Part shown: positions 13,829 through 31,700 of the stretch, piece by piece
Layout: each line of letters begins with the position of its first letter
How positions within the stretch are numbered: position 1 is the stretch's first letter
Source of the DNA: Utricularia gibba
Lineage: Eukaryota > Plantae > Magnoliophyta
Length of the DNA: 64,000 nucleotides
Assembly (NCBI GenBank): GCA_002189035.1
Contig: CM007991.1
Span: 2,418,001-2,482,000, forward strand
Direction: 5' to 3'
Made by a program: the position numbers and the translations under genes
Notes under the pieces: model-generated
Databases searched by the model: none
The model's input: only the letters and a program-made list of their open reading frames with translations
Told to the model about the DNA's origin: nothing

Positions 13829-16441
13829 ATGTATTTGGCGAGGCCCCTCCTGGAGCATCCATTTCTCCGAGTTTCTCTACCTTCGCCTCGCAAATTCGCT
13901 GCCTTTACCCTTCCTTCATCAATCCGATTAAACCGCTACTGCACGACTCCCACTTTTGTTGCCACCGATCCCACTCAACAAGATGCTTCTGTCATTCCAT
14001 TACACCCATGGCCTGAATGGGTTACTTTGGTTGATCGGTTGCGAGCCAATGGCTACGTTACCTCCAACCAAGATGCCGCCGACGAAGCTGCTGCCTACAC
14101 CGACAAGAACTTGCTTAAAGACGCGTCTTTGAGCTTTGCCCGTCATCGTTCTGATATTTTTAGGCACCCCTTTTCGCTTCTTCTAGGTTTCGTATCAAGA
14201 AATGTTGTTTTCCATGCTGAATACTTGTTACTTTATCTTGTAGTTCGCTGTCTAAGGATGACATCAGGAATGTGGTGGACAAGGGTTGCCCTTATATTCA
14301 GCGGAAGGTCGTAAACTCGGCTAAAAGGTTGAGAGCTTATCTGGAAGTTGACGAGGGAGATGTAATGTTGCATTGCAAAATTGTTTTTTATTGTTGCTGT
14401 TTCAGTTATTGATGATGACAGAAAGGTGGGATAGTTCAGGTAGCTTTTTTTAACTGCAGGTTTGCAGCTCCTGCGATCTCCGTGGTTCATGCAACAGAGC
14501 ATACGCAACGGAGGACTCTGATACTCCTCCGCGCACAGTGGATGTTGTTCGTATCCTGTTAGCCTATGCTTTAGATCCCTTGTTGATTTCCACCGGAAAA
14601 TTCTCTCCTGGAAGAGAGCTCATCGAAGAATCTTCGAGGAAATTGCTCTCACAGTTGATTGAGCTTGATGAGACACCCCTTGATCCTGATCTTCCGAAGC
14701 CTGTTACTGTGGTTAAGAAGAAGCCTTCCCGTGATTCAAAACTTATTGTGAGGAATGGAGAATGGGCATGTGCAAAGTAAGGAATAACGAGAACTTTATT
14801 GAAAATTTCAGAGCTGAAAAGCAGAATGTGTAGGATTCATGCATTAGCACAAAACTATTCTCAATATGTAGTGATATTGATTGACGTTTCTCAAATGCCT
14901 CATGGTACTCAGTTGATTGACTCTTCTTGATATGGCTTTCTAGATGCGAAGTGAAAAACACTTCGAAAGGTTTCCAATGCCAAGGTTGCGGATCGAGTGT
15001 TGAGGGGGCAGACCAATGTGGTGGTGAAATGAAAGAAGGGGACTGGATTTGTGCACGGTATCGTCTTCTAAATGACTCATTAGGAATTATTTGAAAAGAT
15101 CTGATTGACATGCATAACTGCATATTTCACTTTTTTTTTTCTTCCTTATATACAGATTCTTTATACTTTATCCCACTCTTAAGACAGGTGCAATTTTATG
15201 AATTTTTCGCGCAATGTTACCTGTTTCAAGTGCAAACTGGAGGGGCCCAAGAGCGCAAGTGCTGATGCAGTTGAAATGAAAGAAGGAGATTGGAACTGTC
15301 CCGAGTAAGTGAGGTGGTTTTCTGCTTCAGGTGTCGTGCAGATTGATAATTTTTATGTTATCCCATTGGTAACACAGGTGCAATTTTATGAACTTTGCAC
15401 GCAATGTTCGATGTTTCAAGTGTAAAAGGGAGGGACCCGAGCGCGTAAGCACTGGTGCCGTTGAAATGAAGAAAGGAGATTGGAACTGTCCCAAGTAAGT
15501 GAAGTGGTGTTTTGTCATTTGTCATGAATCTTGTTCATAGTCATAATCTAGTGCTACTCAAGCTAAACCATATGAATGTACCTGGGACATTTTGATTCAT
15601 TTACTCTGTGGGATCAGTCTTTGCTTCATATGCTTTTTCTTCTTGAGAAGGCGTGGAAGTAGGAAAGATGCATTTCTTTCCTTTGCACTGTGCTTTTGTT
15701 GTGTTATATTGTTCTTCTGTTTGTAAACGGTTATGTAGAAGTTTGCCTGTTGAGAAGAAACTTAGCACACACTTTGACGTAGCTGTGCTGGATTCATGTT
15801 AGATTTCATTCGCTTCTTTTTGCATCATCAGAACCCTGTAATCATGTTGGGTATCTCCGATTTACCTCCTGCATCTTGCAGAAAATCTTTTCTAGTCATC
15901 TTGTGCTTTTCTTCTCGAGGTTTTATAACATTCCCTTTCTGGTTTCCTTTGATGATTCATTACAGATGCACGTTCATGAACTTCGCTTCCAACAAAAGCT
16001 GTTTCCGCTGCCACGAATCTCGCCCAAAGAGGCTACTAAGGCCCGGTGATTGGGAGTGCCCCAGGTGATTCGACTTACATTCACATCTCGTCTGTTTTGG
16101 TTCACATTTGAAAACAATCATTTCATATTTCCTGTGCACAGTTGTGATGCATTGAACTTCGCCTCCAAGAAAAGCTGTTTCCGCTGCCAGGAACCGGCAC
16201 CACACAAGATACTGAAACCTGGTGACTGGGAGTGCCCGAGGTAACCTCACGTCTTTGAATCTCATTGGAATAATTCTTTCATGACACCACTTTTTCTGTG
16301 TCTCCTGTGCACAGATGTGAGTTCGCAAACTTCAGTCGGAATAGTGTTTGCAAAAGATGCAATTTTGATCGCCCCTCAGACTCTGAAGATCCACAAGGTG
16401 GTTGGAGAAGGCCTTCTGCACATGAACAACTTGCCTTGTAG
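13829..16441 (+). CDS. Organelle zinc finger (OZ/VAR3 family, closest to At1g48570/OZ4) with six RanBP2-type fingers; 9 exons
   Basis: Transit-like N-terminus. OZ-family motifs HPWPEW, KVVNSAKRLRAY, CSSCDLRGSC and VDVVRILLAYALD. Spliced exons give six W-x-C-x2-C-x3-N-x6-C-x2-C fingers. Telobox TAGGGTTT at 13759-13766. Confidence 0.88.
15188..16240 (+). repeat. Two pairs of tandemly duplicated zinc-finger exons (117 nt x2; 99 nt x2)
   Basis: 15188-15304 vs 15378-15494 (both followed by GTAAGTGA.GTGGT); 15966-16064 vs 16142-16240. Lengths and phase are identical within each pair and nucleotide similarity is high. Confidence 0.9.
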
Positions 16442-17199
16442 GAGCAATAAACATGTGCGGAGTCTTCTACAGAAGCGGTGATGTTCATTGTGTTTCTGCA
16501 CTTCATGTTCCCGTGATCTGTTCTTTGCTACCTGAACATTGATCCCATGAGACCAGACCCCCCTTCCGTTTGACTCCGGTATTTGATTTACATAAGGCAA
16601 CAGATAAAAATGCTTTCTTAGTCTCTGCAAATGGCCTTAATCTCATTCAATAAGGTGCTGTCATCTGTCTCTTTTACCATGCAGAGGTAAAAATGAAGTC
16701 ACTTCTGTTATTTGCGAACACAGCTGAGTTATGATTTCCATCGATGCGCACGTTATATCCTAAACAAGATATGAACATATGACAAAAATCAGGCATACAT
16801 AAGCATTCAGGAGCAATCCCAATGGATGCACAAGTTGACCTACACTGTAATAGAGAGTCAAGATGACCCATACTGAAGGGAGATATTCTGAAACAGGAAG
16901 GTATTGGAGTGAAAACAGTGGGCTTGTCCATAAATTCAGTGACTCACGTGCATATGATAAACGGGTAAAGAGCAAGACCGATGCTTGACTTCTTGATGGG
17001 GCAGATCGTTGATACTTTTACCAGGAAGCTACAGATGGATGTGGAGAAGAGAAAGAAAAGGGATATCTTTTACTGGGAAATGGGGCAGAGATGAACTGAG
17101 CCTCAGCGTCGATTCTGTTGCTTAGTCTCCATTAAAATAACCTTTGCTGCTCTGGTGTGGCGTGGCCGTGGTAAAACCTCACACCCCACCTGCCATGTT

Positions 17200-17243
17200 C
17201 CCAGCCCAGACCCAGACCCAGACCCAGTCCCCGACCCAGACCC
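17200..17243 (+). repeat. Degenerate (CCCAGA)n hexamer repeat in the REF6 upstream region
   Basis: cccagcccagacccagacccagacccagtccccgacccagaccc. Confidence 0.8.
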
Positions 17244-17561
17244 GGCAGCCATAAAACCTCCTCTGTTTACTTAATTCATCTAACCTACGCTTTCCTTTTC
17301 TTTTTTTTTCTTTACCTGTTCGTTTCGAGCGCAAGAGCTAACCCCCCACTGACAAAATTGCTTGATGCCCATTGCATTAAATGTTTCAATAATGCTTGCT
17401 ACTTGCCCAAAAATTGTTCGTTCGCACAATGCTTTCCTCTAGATTCTTGTGGAGTGAAGAGGCATGCATATACAGAATGCTTACTACTTGCTGCTCTGTT
17501 TTTTGGGTTTGAGCAGGGCATGATTATTCTGTGTCTTTAGTTGGTTTTGTTAGGCTTTTCA

Positions 17562-22333
<4,772 letters not shown>

Positions 22334-22795
22334 AATCATCATCCAAGACAGGCCACTGACTGACTCCTGCTCTGAGGGTCGGCATTAGATTGCTAAGTTG
22401 ACAGACAAGTAGAGGGTGTAGCTCTAGTGTTTTGATTACAAGATGTGGTTCAGATTTCCCAGTAGTCCATTTGCCAGTTAGCTTCTTCTCAGGGGAACCA
22501 ACAACTATCAAGAGAGTGTCATCTCAACCAACATTCAACTGTTTCATTAGGAAAAATGCATTGATGGGTCATTGCTTTGCATATTCCAGGCCTCATCCAT
22601 CCATCCCACGGCTGGTTCCAGTTTCAACCCAGTCGAGTGTTGAATCGGACGCATTTGAAGTACCTAGACAGACAGGGGTGGAGAGTTGAAATGTGTCAAA
22701 TGCATTGCAATCCAATGTAATGGAGTGGCAAATCCTAAAACCAATCATCACGTTACAGATCAAAGGCAAACGAGAGTGGGCAACTGAGAATCGGA

Positions 22796-25700
22796 TCAGA
22801 AAGAGGAAGCTTCGATATTAGCCTTGTTCCCAGCAAGAATGAGGGAGATCTCCAAGCCACGGCTGAAGGCCTGGTTAAAGAGCAGCCGAGACTGGAAGGT
22901 CGACACGAAGGGGAACCAAGACAGCACAGCAATGGGAGCGAATATGAGCATGCCCATCCCAGCATCGTACATCCGGGCAAACTCTTTAACAGAATCCCAA
23001 AGTCCTAAACTTCTGACAACCTTCTTCCACGTTATTGCCAGCTACAGGAGACCAAAAATACCGTTGTGAGATGTGCACAACCAACGACTGGATGGAGCAT
23101 TCTACACAAATTCCACGGATACTTACACAGAGGATCAGCCATCCGGTGGGAATAAATCCAAGTAAGCTTGCAAACAAGTCCGGTACGGATAGTTGTGTGA
23201 ACAAAACAATCAGGCATAGTGCCACTATAAGTCCAACTCCAGTAACTCCTTGCAAAAATCGAAGCAGTAGCTGGATATTTGTTGACTTTTTGGGGCTGTA
23301 GGTGAAGATCTGAAGCAAAAGAAAACCGAATAGTTAATGATATTAAATTGATGTAATTTTAACTTGATGTGAATGAACCTTCGAGATCAGCACTATTCCA
23401 ACGAGGGCAACCCAGGAGAAGCCATACATCTGTTCAAGTAAAAGAATACAAGGAAGTGAGCGCGCATATAAACCAGAAAAGGGAACGAGCAATGATTCAG
23501 AACTAGAATTAATGACATGGCAGGAAAAACTCCTGAATTTTGTTTGTAGAAAACTTCAGCATTAAAACCTGTGTTGTTATAGGGATGGGAATAGGATCAG
23601 GGCAGATCCCATTTAACACTTTTAAAATAATAATAAAAAAAGAACCAGAGAAAACAGCCGTGTACCGCAATCGAGGTGCTACTGCCAGTAAGATGGAGTT
23701 TGTAGACAACTCCATACTGAAACATCAGAAATCTCAAACTCAAAATTGTTTCAAGGATGCGACCTCTTAGAGTCTGAATGTGCGTCTGCAAGATGGAACC
23801 ACGTGAAAGTGAAAAGGAAAGCAATACAAACGCGCTAGAATTTATTATCATTTCTATCATGTGTTCCAAGTTCCTTAGTTGTCAGTTACAATTTGCGCAT
23901 GACAGAGCATTAGAATAACAAACGCAGTAACTTTTCAAAAACCATCCGATTGACTATCTACAGTACAAACCTGTTCTTCATCCCACCATGATTCCCAACT
24001 GTCGTCACCTTTAATACCAACTCCACCCTTATACATGAGCCAGTTGGTCCAGTCATCAAAATCCTCAACCGTCCTGCATAATCTCTGAAACTCTTAGTAC
24101 CATCATGGAAAGAAATAAGATCAGTAGACTGATTAGTACTCAGCTTCAAAACTCGGTATCAGAAATTCAAAACAAAAGAAATCAAGATATTTGAAATGCA
24201 TAAAACATACAAAACCTTACTTTTGCCATTCAAATCCAGAGGGGTTGAATATATACGGAGCAAAAAGCCAAGAGATGACCAGAAACCAACTGCTCAGGGT
24301 CAGTAGAACAAAAGAAAACGCATTTCCAGCTGTGTATCCATATGCAATATAGACAATCAACAGCAACGCAATTTCCAGCCTGCATGGCAAACACAATTCA
24401 TGGGGTAGTAAATAAAGGTATTGCGTGAAAAGCAGATGGATACCATTACATTAAAAAAATAAAACAAATAACACGTGCATTTGTTTCCAGCACACTGGCA
24501 TATCAACAGTAAGAATTGGATTAGTCGCTTACGCCTTCACAAAGTGACTCCTAGAGTACAGACGATAATTCTCAGCGAACTTTATGTGACGAACAACAAA
24601 ACCTCTTCCAGTTGCTCGGTACTGAAAAGGTTATCCCATAAAAATAAAAATCATCATCCTAAAAAGCTGATACGTTTATTTTACATAAAAGAAATGCTCC
24701 TGTGTCACAAATACCTTTGCACCTCCGTGGAGGATTGTACGCCCAAAATAATGCGTTCTTGTTCCCAATGAAAATGTAAAGAACACAGAACATAGCTGAA
24801 GCTGCATGGTGATAAAACTGAAAACAGCCTGCATATACACAAGGCCAAGAATAACTATTGCAGTTTTAGACGGCAAGGGCTCCCAACAAGTAAAGCATTA
24901 TTATAGACCACGATTTGAAGTCCACACTCTCTTGCACTATTAAAGACACAAAGACAAGTACCTGCAGCAAGCCAAGCTCCAGTATGAAACCCACGATCAT
25001 GGGAACTGCAGTAAAAACACCAATTTGGACCAAAAATTGAGCATTCAAAACAGCATCTAGTGCAATATTCCCCAGTAATCTAGCCTCTCGTGAAATTTGC
25101 CTATCAATACCAGAGAGTGCCTGATAAATTGATGACCAAAAAGAAGTCAATTAAATAACGTTCAAAATGAACCATGGGAGTCTACAAATACAGTAAATTT
25201 TCAAAAGCAACCTTGCACCAAAATCATACAGAGTAGGTCCTTGCATTGAAAACGCAGGTGGGTAATGTAAGTTGCTAAATCTAAGAAGCGATGCTATTCA
25301 TTACTTGAATGCAACATTTATTAAGATTCCAGGGAGACATTTCAAATACTCATGATACATAGATTTTTTCAACTAGAGCCAAATACAATTTGAGCTTCAT
25401 CAATTTCACATTCTTGTGATAATGCCCTATGACCAGATATATCCACACTATGGTTGAGCTTTATTCGCTATACTCCTCATATGTGGAAAAGAAAACTAAA
25501 AAAAAGATGAATTCTTGATTGCGTATTGCATGAGGACAACAATCCAAATTAAGAAATAAAAAGAGCAGGAATAAAAAGATGTTACCAAATATGCTCTTCC
25601 ATACAGAAAAATATAAATGGTTAGAACAGTCATCTGCATAAAAAGAAGAAAATCCACATTTTATTTAAGGAGATACTGCCCATAATCCATTTAAAGAGAG

Positions 25701-28700
25701 ATGCGAGAGATGTTACTACCATAGTGCACACATAATAACCAACAGTAGTGAAAAAAAAGGACAGCATCCTGAAGAAATCAAAAAGCTGCCCAAGCCTGTA
25801 AACATCCCTACTCAACACTTGCTCTCCATTTCCACCAGCAACTTTTCCTTCAAACAATGCGATTTGGTTCAACCCAACATCTCTACCCTTTCCAACCTAG
25901 TCATGAGAAATTAAATTAAAATGACTTTACAAAATATATACTTCCCACACTCACTCAATTCCATTCTTAAAAAACCTGAATATATTCGTGGTGTGTAATA
26001 TTACCCAGCCTCAAAGTAGAATTAAAACCTGCACACACAAAAATATCCCTGATATATGGAACATGGCGAAGACTATGTCAAAACTGGCCTGTTGAAACAT
26101 ATCACATGGAACACAGGCAGTCATATTCAATACAATATAACTAGGATTTTTTTTTTTTTTTTTGAATCACACACGAAGAAAATCCTCACTGTTCACCTGC
26201 AAAAATATCTTCACTGATATTTATTACACGTGAAGCTTTGCTAACACCACCACGAGTAATATGGAAAATCCGATCAAAAACATCTGGATGGCCATAGTGC
26301 ATGCGGACCCTGTTGTTTGGTAATATCAAATCATATCAAAACCAAATGATATCACCAAAAGAGAACAAATAAAAAAAAACATCATTCAATGACCATGTTT
26401 TTGGAGACCACATTTTATACTAACTAGTGAAATGATACCACAGCACACTGAAAGTTCTTTAACCAGAAATTTAACGCTGGAAATACAAAAATTCGAATCA
26501 TATGTGCCTCAGGAAAAAAACAAGGACATATAAATACATACTTCAGAGGTTTTGCCAAAATGCGTTGGCCTAATGTCACAAAACTTGTTTCTTGGTTGGA
26601 CATGAACCACGCCAAAGAGGAGACACTGCATCAATTAAGCACTAATTTATGGTTTAAAATTTCTGCAGTACGCAGGAGGCATGGGGCAGAGCAGAGAGAA
26701 CCCACCTTCCCGTGAAGACATTTTCTCTTACACCAAGAATTGTGGGAGGTCGTAGACCATGATTTCCATGGAATTCTTCGAGAAGATTCCTCATCTTCAT
26801 AGCCTCCTCAAGGTAATTGTCCTAGAATTTGAAAGATATTAATAATAACTAAACAGACAAAGAAAAGCAATCTAGTCAATCGAATGATCAGTAATAACTG
26901 ATTGGCATATCTTGCATACTAAACAGAGGACGGCTGTCAAAAAGTAAGAACTAATTTTTCACCTCTAAAGATGTTACTGAAACTCTAGCAGGTATATTTT
27001 CCCCTTCCTAGATGGTTTAGTTTCAATTCATAATCTCAGTTCTAAAAATAGTTGTTACAGGATCTGTAGATCAAGCCAACAACGGAGTAAAATCAACTTT
27101 CAGCTATTGACATTTTTTTAATATCTTTATCACCATCAAAGAATACTCGAACTTCCATATTCTAATCTTCCAAACAGCAGCATAAAAGAACGAAAGCTTG
27201 GATAAAAAAGTTTTTTCCTGCCAAATGCATATGGACTTCAGGGTCATGCACAGACACAGGAGATCCTGAACCCTGCGTAATGCACTTATAGGTTACAATG
27301 AACAACCATTTTAAACAAGGTCCAATTCTTCTTAATCGTGTATCTTCTACTGAGTCTGTTTGTGAGAACTAATCTTTCTATTCAGCCACCTCTCTGTTTA
27401 TTCTTTGAATGAACAAGCAACAATATCTGTACAGATATCCATAACCTTTCATTTTTATTTCAGTTAAAACATACCTGATTCATGTCAATTGTCTGAATAG
27501 CATCTCCACGGGTAAAAATTATAGCATGGTTTTGGTTTTCAGGCTTTCCTTCCCCAAGTTTTGGATCCCCAGGAAGTTTAATAGAAAACACTTCCTACAC
27601 ATAAAACAGGGTTTACTGAAATATTAAAACGTACTAAAATTACTTAATGATGAATCTAGACCCACAGCAAGGAAAACATTTTGGCGGCCTGTTTAAATAG
27701 ATTTAAAATGAAGAATCAAATGAAATAACTAAGTTTCAATTTTTTAATTGCAGCACGTGATCTTACTTACATATGGAAAGACACTAAAAAATCACTTTCG
27801 TCGCTTGGGGATCTAGAAACCATCTCAGTGAATGGGGAGTAATGAATTCTCGGAACAGCACAAAACTGGGCTTTCAGCAGGTTTTTTTTTAGCTTTAAAT
27901 AAAATGCTTCTTTCACTTTTTTTTGTACAAAGAAAATTATTTTAAATCGGTTGCTAAACTGATGCAATCTCAATCCCCTAGAAGAGGCAAGCAGAAACAA
28001 GAGAAACTGCTAAAGAATCAATTTAGCCACAAGGAGTTTTAAACATGCCCATGTCACCAGAAAAAATAAAAATAGCAAAAAGATTCTCTACACAGTTATA
28101 ATTGATAAATTTAAAACAATAACTCAAGCTGCAAACGTAACCTTTCGAAAAGAAAAATTATGCAAGCACAGCCTCACCTGATCTTTTCCCTGCCCATCAG
28201 CCTTAACAAGCTTAGAATAAAATTCTGTCATTATAGTTCCATCATCTGTAGTAGTCTCTTCCACATGTATGTAAGCAACACGGAGTGCCTCATTCCTGTA
28301 CTCAAAAAGATACAAAAAAGACCACAGAAGTCAAACAGGCCCGCACCCATATGATGAAGCAACTTATGCATATAAAAGATACAACAATTGAAGACGTGCT
28401 TCAAAAAACATTTCGGCTTTAGAGAGAAAACAAGCATGCCCAGGCATATCAAGCTCAGGTCCTATGATAAGCATGCATCTACTTTGATGGAAGTCATTTA
28501 GAGGATGCAGAAACCCACAGAAGGAACAAATTTTTTGTTCCATTCAATGAAAACTGCATATCGGTTTTTTTCTTTCATATGACCCATTTCATCTCACACA
28601 ACTAAGACTGGCTTGAATGGAAGCCTACTAAACCTTCGAAAGTTACAAAAAAATATCAAATGTGGGAAAGTTCAGTACTCAAACAATATAATTGCTATGA

Positions 28701-31700
28701 AAAATCAATGCCAAATGAGTGATAGCATGAAACATAAAAACGTGTTCATAGCCACATAGACAAAAAGGTGAAAGCACCACACCGTTGAAGCAGCAAAGCA
28801 ATATCACCAGCTTCTGGAGCCTTGCGCTGTTTTTGCTGCCCATATATTTGGCATGAGACAAGATATGTGAACTTTAAGTCAGCTTGAGCACGTGCTTGGC
28901 GTGATATCTCAAATCCTTCAGTTGTCAAATCATTTGAGAAGGCATCATCCTCTGCAAGGTTTCAAAGATAAAAGCAATAATAATTACTGCTGTTGGTCCT
29001 TCAGTGAGTTCGACTTCATTACAATTAATTCAACTTGACAGAACATAGACAAATCAAATATTCAGATAACCTTCAACAAATCGTCTTTCCAGGTGACTTT
29101 GCAGCATCAATGCCCTCCTATAATACATCATACCGCGAACTGCATATATGTCACAATACAGGTAGATTTGTCATGATGAAGTGGTTACATATCAGAAACT
29201 CCAACTTATAATTGCCACAGATTAAAAACTTACAAAATTACCTGTTCTAGCAAGTGTCTGACCCCTGTATGATGCCCAGAATCGAAGTTCTAGTGCACTA
29301 TCAGAACTTTCTTGTAGTTCAGCATCACCACTATCAACACGGCCAATGCGTTCTAGAAAGTTTTCCCACTCATCTATAAAAATGAATCTACCCATTAAAA
29401 ACACTGGACTATCGTCCATATGCCCAAGCCATTGCAACAAATCGAAAATAAAAAATCAGCCATTGACGAAAAATTAAATTTAAAATAAAAGACTACGGCA
29501 GGTGCTAAGGAACATCCAGACAAAGAAAAGAACCTGGAAATATTTTTTGGAGATAGAAAATGGTGGAAATTCCATCCTCATTTTCATCACGCAGTTCACG
29601 GTTGCTGTAAAGGACTGCCTCGCTATAATATGGTGTGAAGACACTGTCCAGGAGACATCAACCGTATAAAAAATCCACATTTTAATCTAAAACTAATTAC
29701 AAAACATACAGATAAAATTACGCAATACCAGAACGGCAACATTTCAGAAACAGGCTTTGCAGATGGCATGTCCATAAACAATGAATTAGTAAAAAATTGC
29801 AGCCTTCTCTGGGCTTCAAGATTCTTGGGTATGTTAGCAGCACTATCCTTCACAGTAAGAAGTAGGTGAACTCTTTTAATCTGCTCCTTCTGTTATGGAA
29901 GAAAAAACTCAATGAACCCAAAAACACATAGGCTTTGAAAAAATAATAATAATAACAATAGATTTATATAAAGTCAAGAAAATCACAATATACGGATCCT
30001 TTGGCCACTCAATGTATGAAAATAAGCGCCCCTCATTTCTCGCCCGCAACAAAATATTCCATGTATCGAGTTGTTCCCTGAGAAACAAAATCATCAAGCT
30101 TTAATACCATGTCCAAACCAATTTCTTAATTTTTTGAATAAATTTTACCTCAAATCAGATGAAAGTAATTCATGAGTGACAACATCATAAAAATCATAGA
30201 CGGCTTTAGCTGCTCCTTTTGCAAGGTCAGGCGTGGCATCACGGATCTAAACCATATAAAAGCTAAGCTAGAAACTCAAAAGGTATAAATTGCCACAAAA
30301 GGCTAAGTTTGAAACTCAGTTCAGCCATAAAATAATAATAATAATAATAATAATAAACCTGATAGTATAAACTGCCCTATGATTCTGAACATGAATGCTA
30401 AGTTTGAAACTCAACAAATATAAAGCAAAAGGCTAATATCTATGCAAATTTTGTAAATGCCACAGAACAATGTTAAAATGTCAAATATTAGATAAGTGCT
30501 AAAGATGAAATCCCAAATTGCAACAAACTAAGCTGCAACATGAACTTCTTTCGCTTCTTCCTCCAAAGAAAAGCAACTGTATTTGGCCATTGAGACCATA
30601 CACAACTCTTTACTAATTCAAATCCTATTTCATTAGTGAAAAAAAGCAGCATCACCTTGACAATTTATTGTGCAACATCACATTTCCAAGTTAAAAAATA
30701 AAAATCATACGCACAGAGGAAGAATCACTAATAAAATGACCGTGTTTCATAATCTACTGAATCTAATATTATGTCACAACTCTGCACGAAACAAAGAGAA
30801 TATACCAGGAGGCCTGTTAAAGCAGTAAATCTAGACAGCACCACAGAAAGCTTTTGAAGAGACAATGTAATGACAAGTGACCCTTCTGATATGCTGCTGT
30901 TGATCTCAGAAAACACCCTTTCAACCCTGCCATTCGTGTGACCCACAAAAGTCAACTCCAACAATAGTAAAACAATGAATCACATTCCTATTATCAGAAA
31001 CTAAAAAAACTTTACCAACGCCGTCCTTCCCCATCAACAAGGGCATGCAAAATTTTCTCAACACTTGTATAACACTCTTGCACAGCATATGCCATGTATT
31101 CATCCTTGCATATGCGGTTCCAAAGATCAGCCTGTGTGTCTTTGCAATCCAAAGCTAAATCAACGGCCAACAAAATCTGAAAGGGATAGAAGAAATTGGG
31201 TAGAAGGAACATGGATATTACCAAATCAAAAAAAAAAAAAAAATCAACTCCAAAAGGAAAAAAACCAGTACCTTACTGCTTAGAAGAAAAAGTGGCCATT
31301 GGACTAAATTCAAGCTTCCAGTGTTGCTTGGCATAGAAAGTAAGTCCATTTCCCTGAGTTGTTTGTACAAGACAAACATTTGAGAATCAGAACAAAGAAG
31401 TCTCATAACAGAAAGTGCATACACAATCTATGTACAAGCGTGCAAATAAAATAACCTGTTACTAATATAATCCTCCTCCCGCAAACTTTTGATAATTTCA
31501 TTCCAAAACGGAGAAAAAATGGCTGCATAAGTCTTGTTATTTTCTTGAGACAACTGTAATAAATGAAAAAAGTCAAGAAGGAAGCTGATTAAAGAAGCAA
31601 GCACATGATAAAGCAAACAAAAATGCCAATTGCATAATTTCTATTCCCTTTCACACACCTGTGATGACTGGGTATCAAAAGGCATCCTGAAACGTAAATT

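Noticed and set aside
25986-26021. [10 protein letters not shown] instead of [10 protein letters not shown] in CALS10
   Set aside because: This position varies among callose synthases (Q, G, E from recall); the flanking motif is intact.
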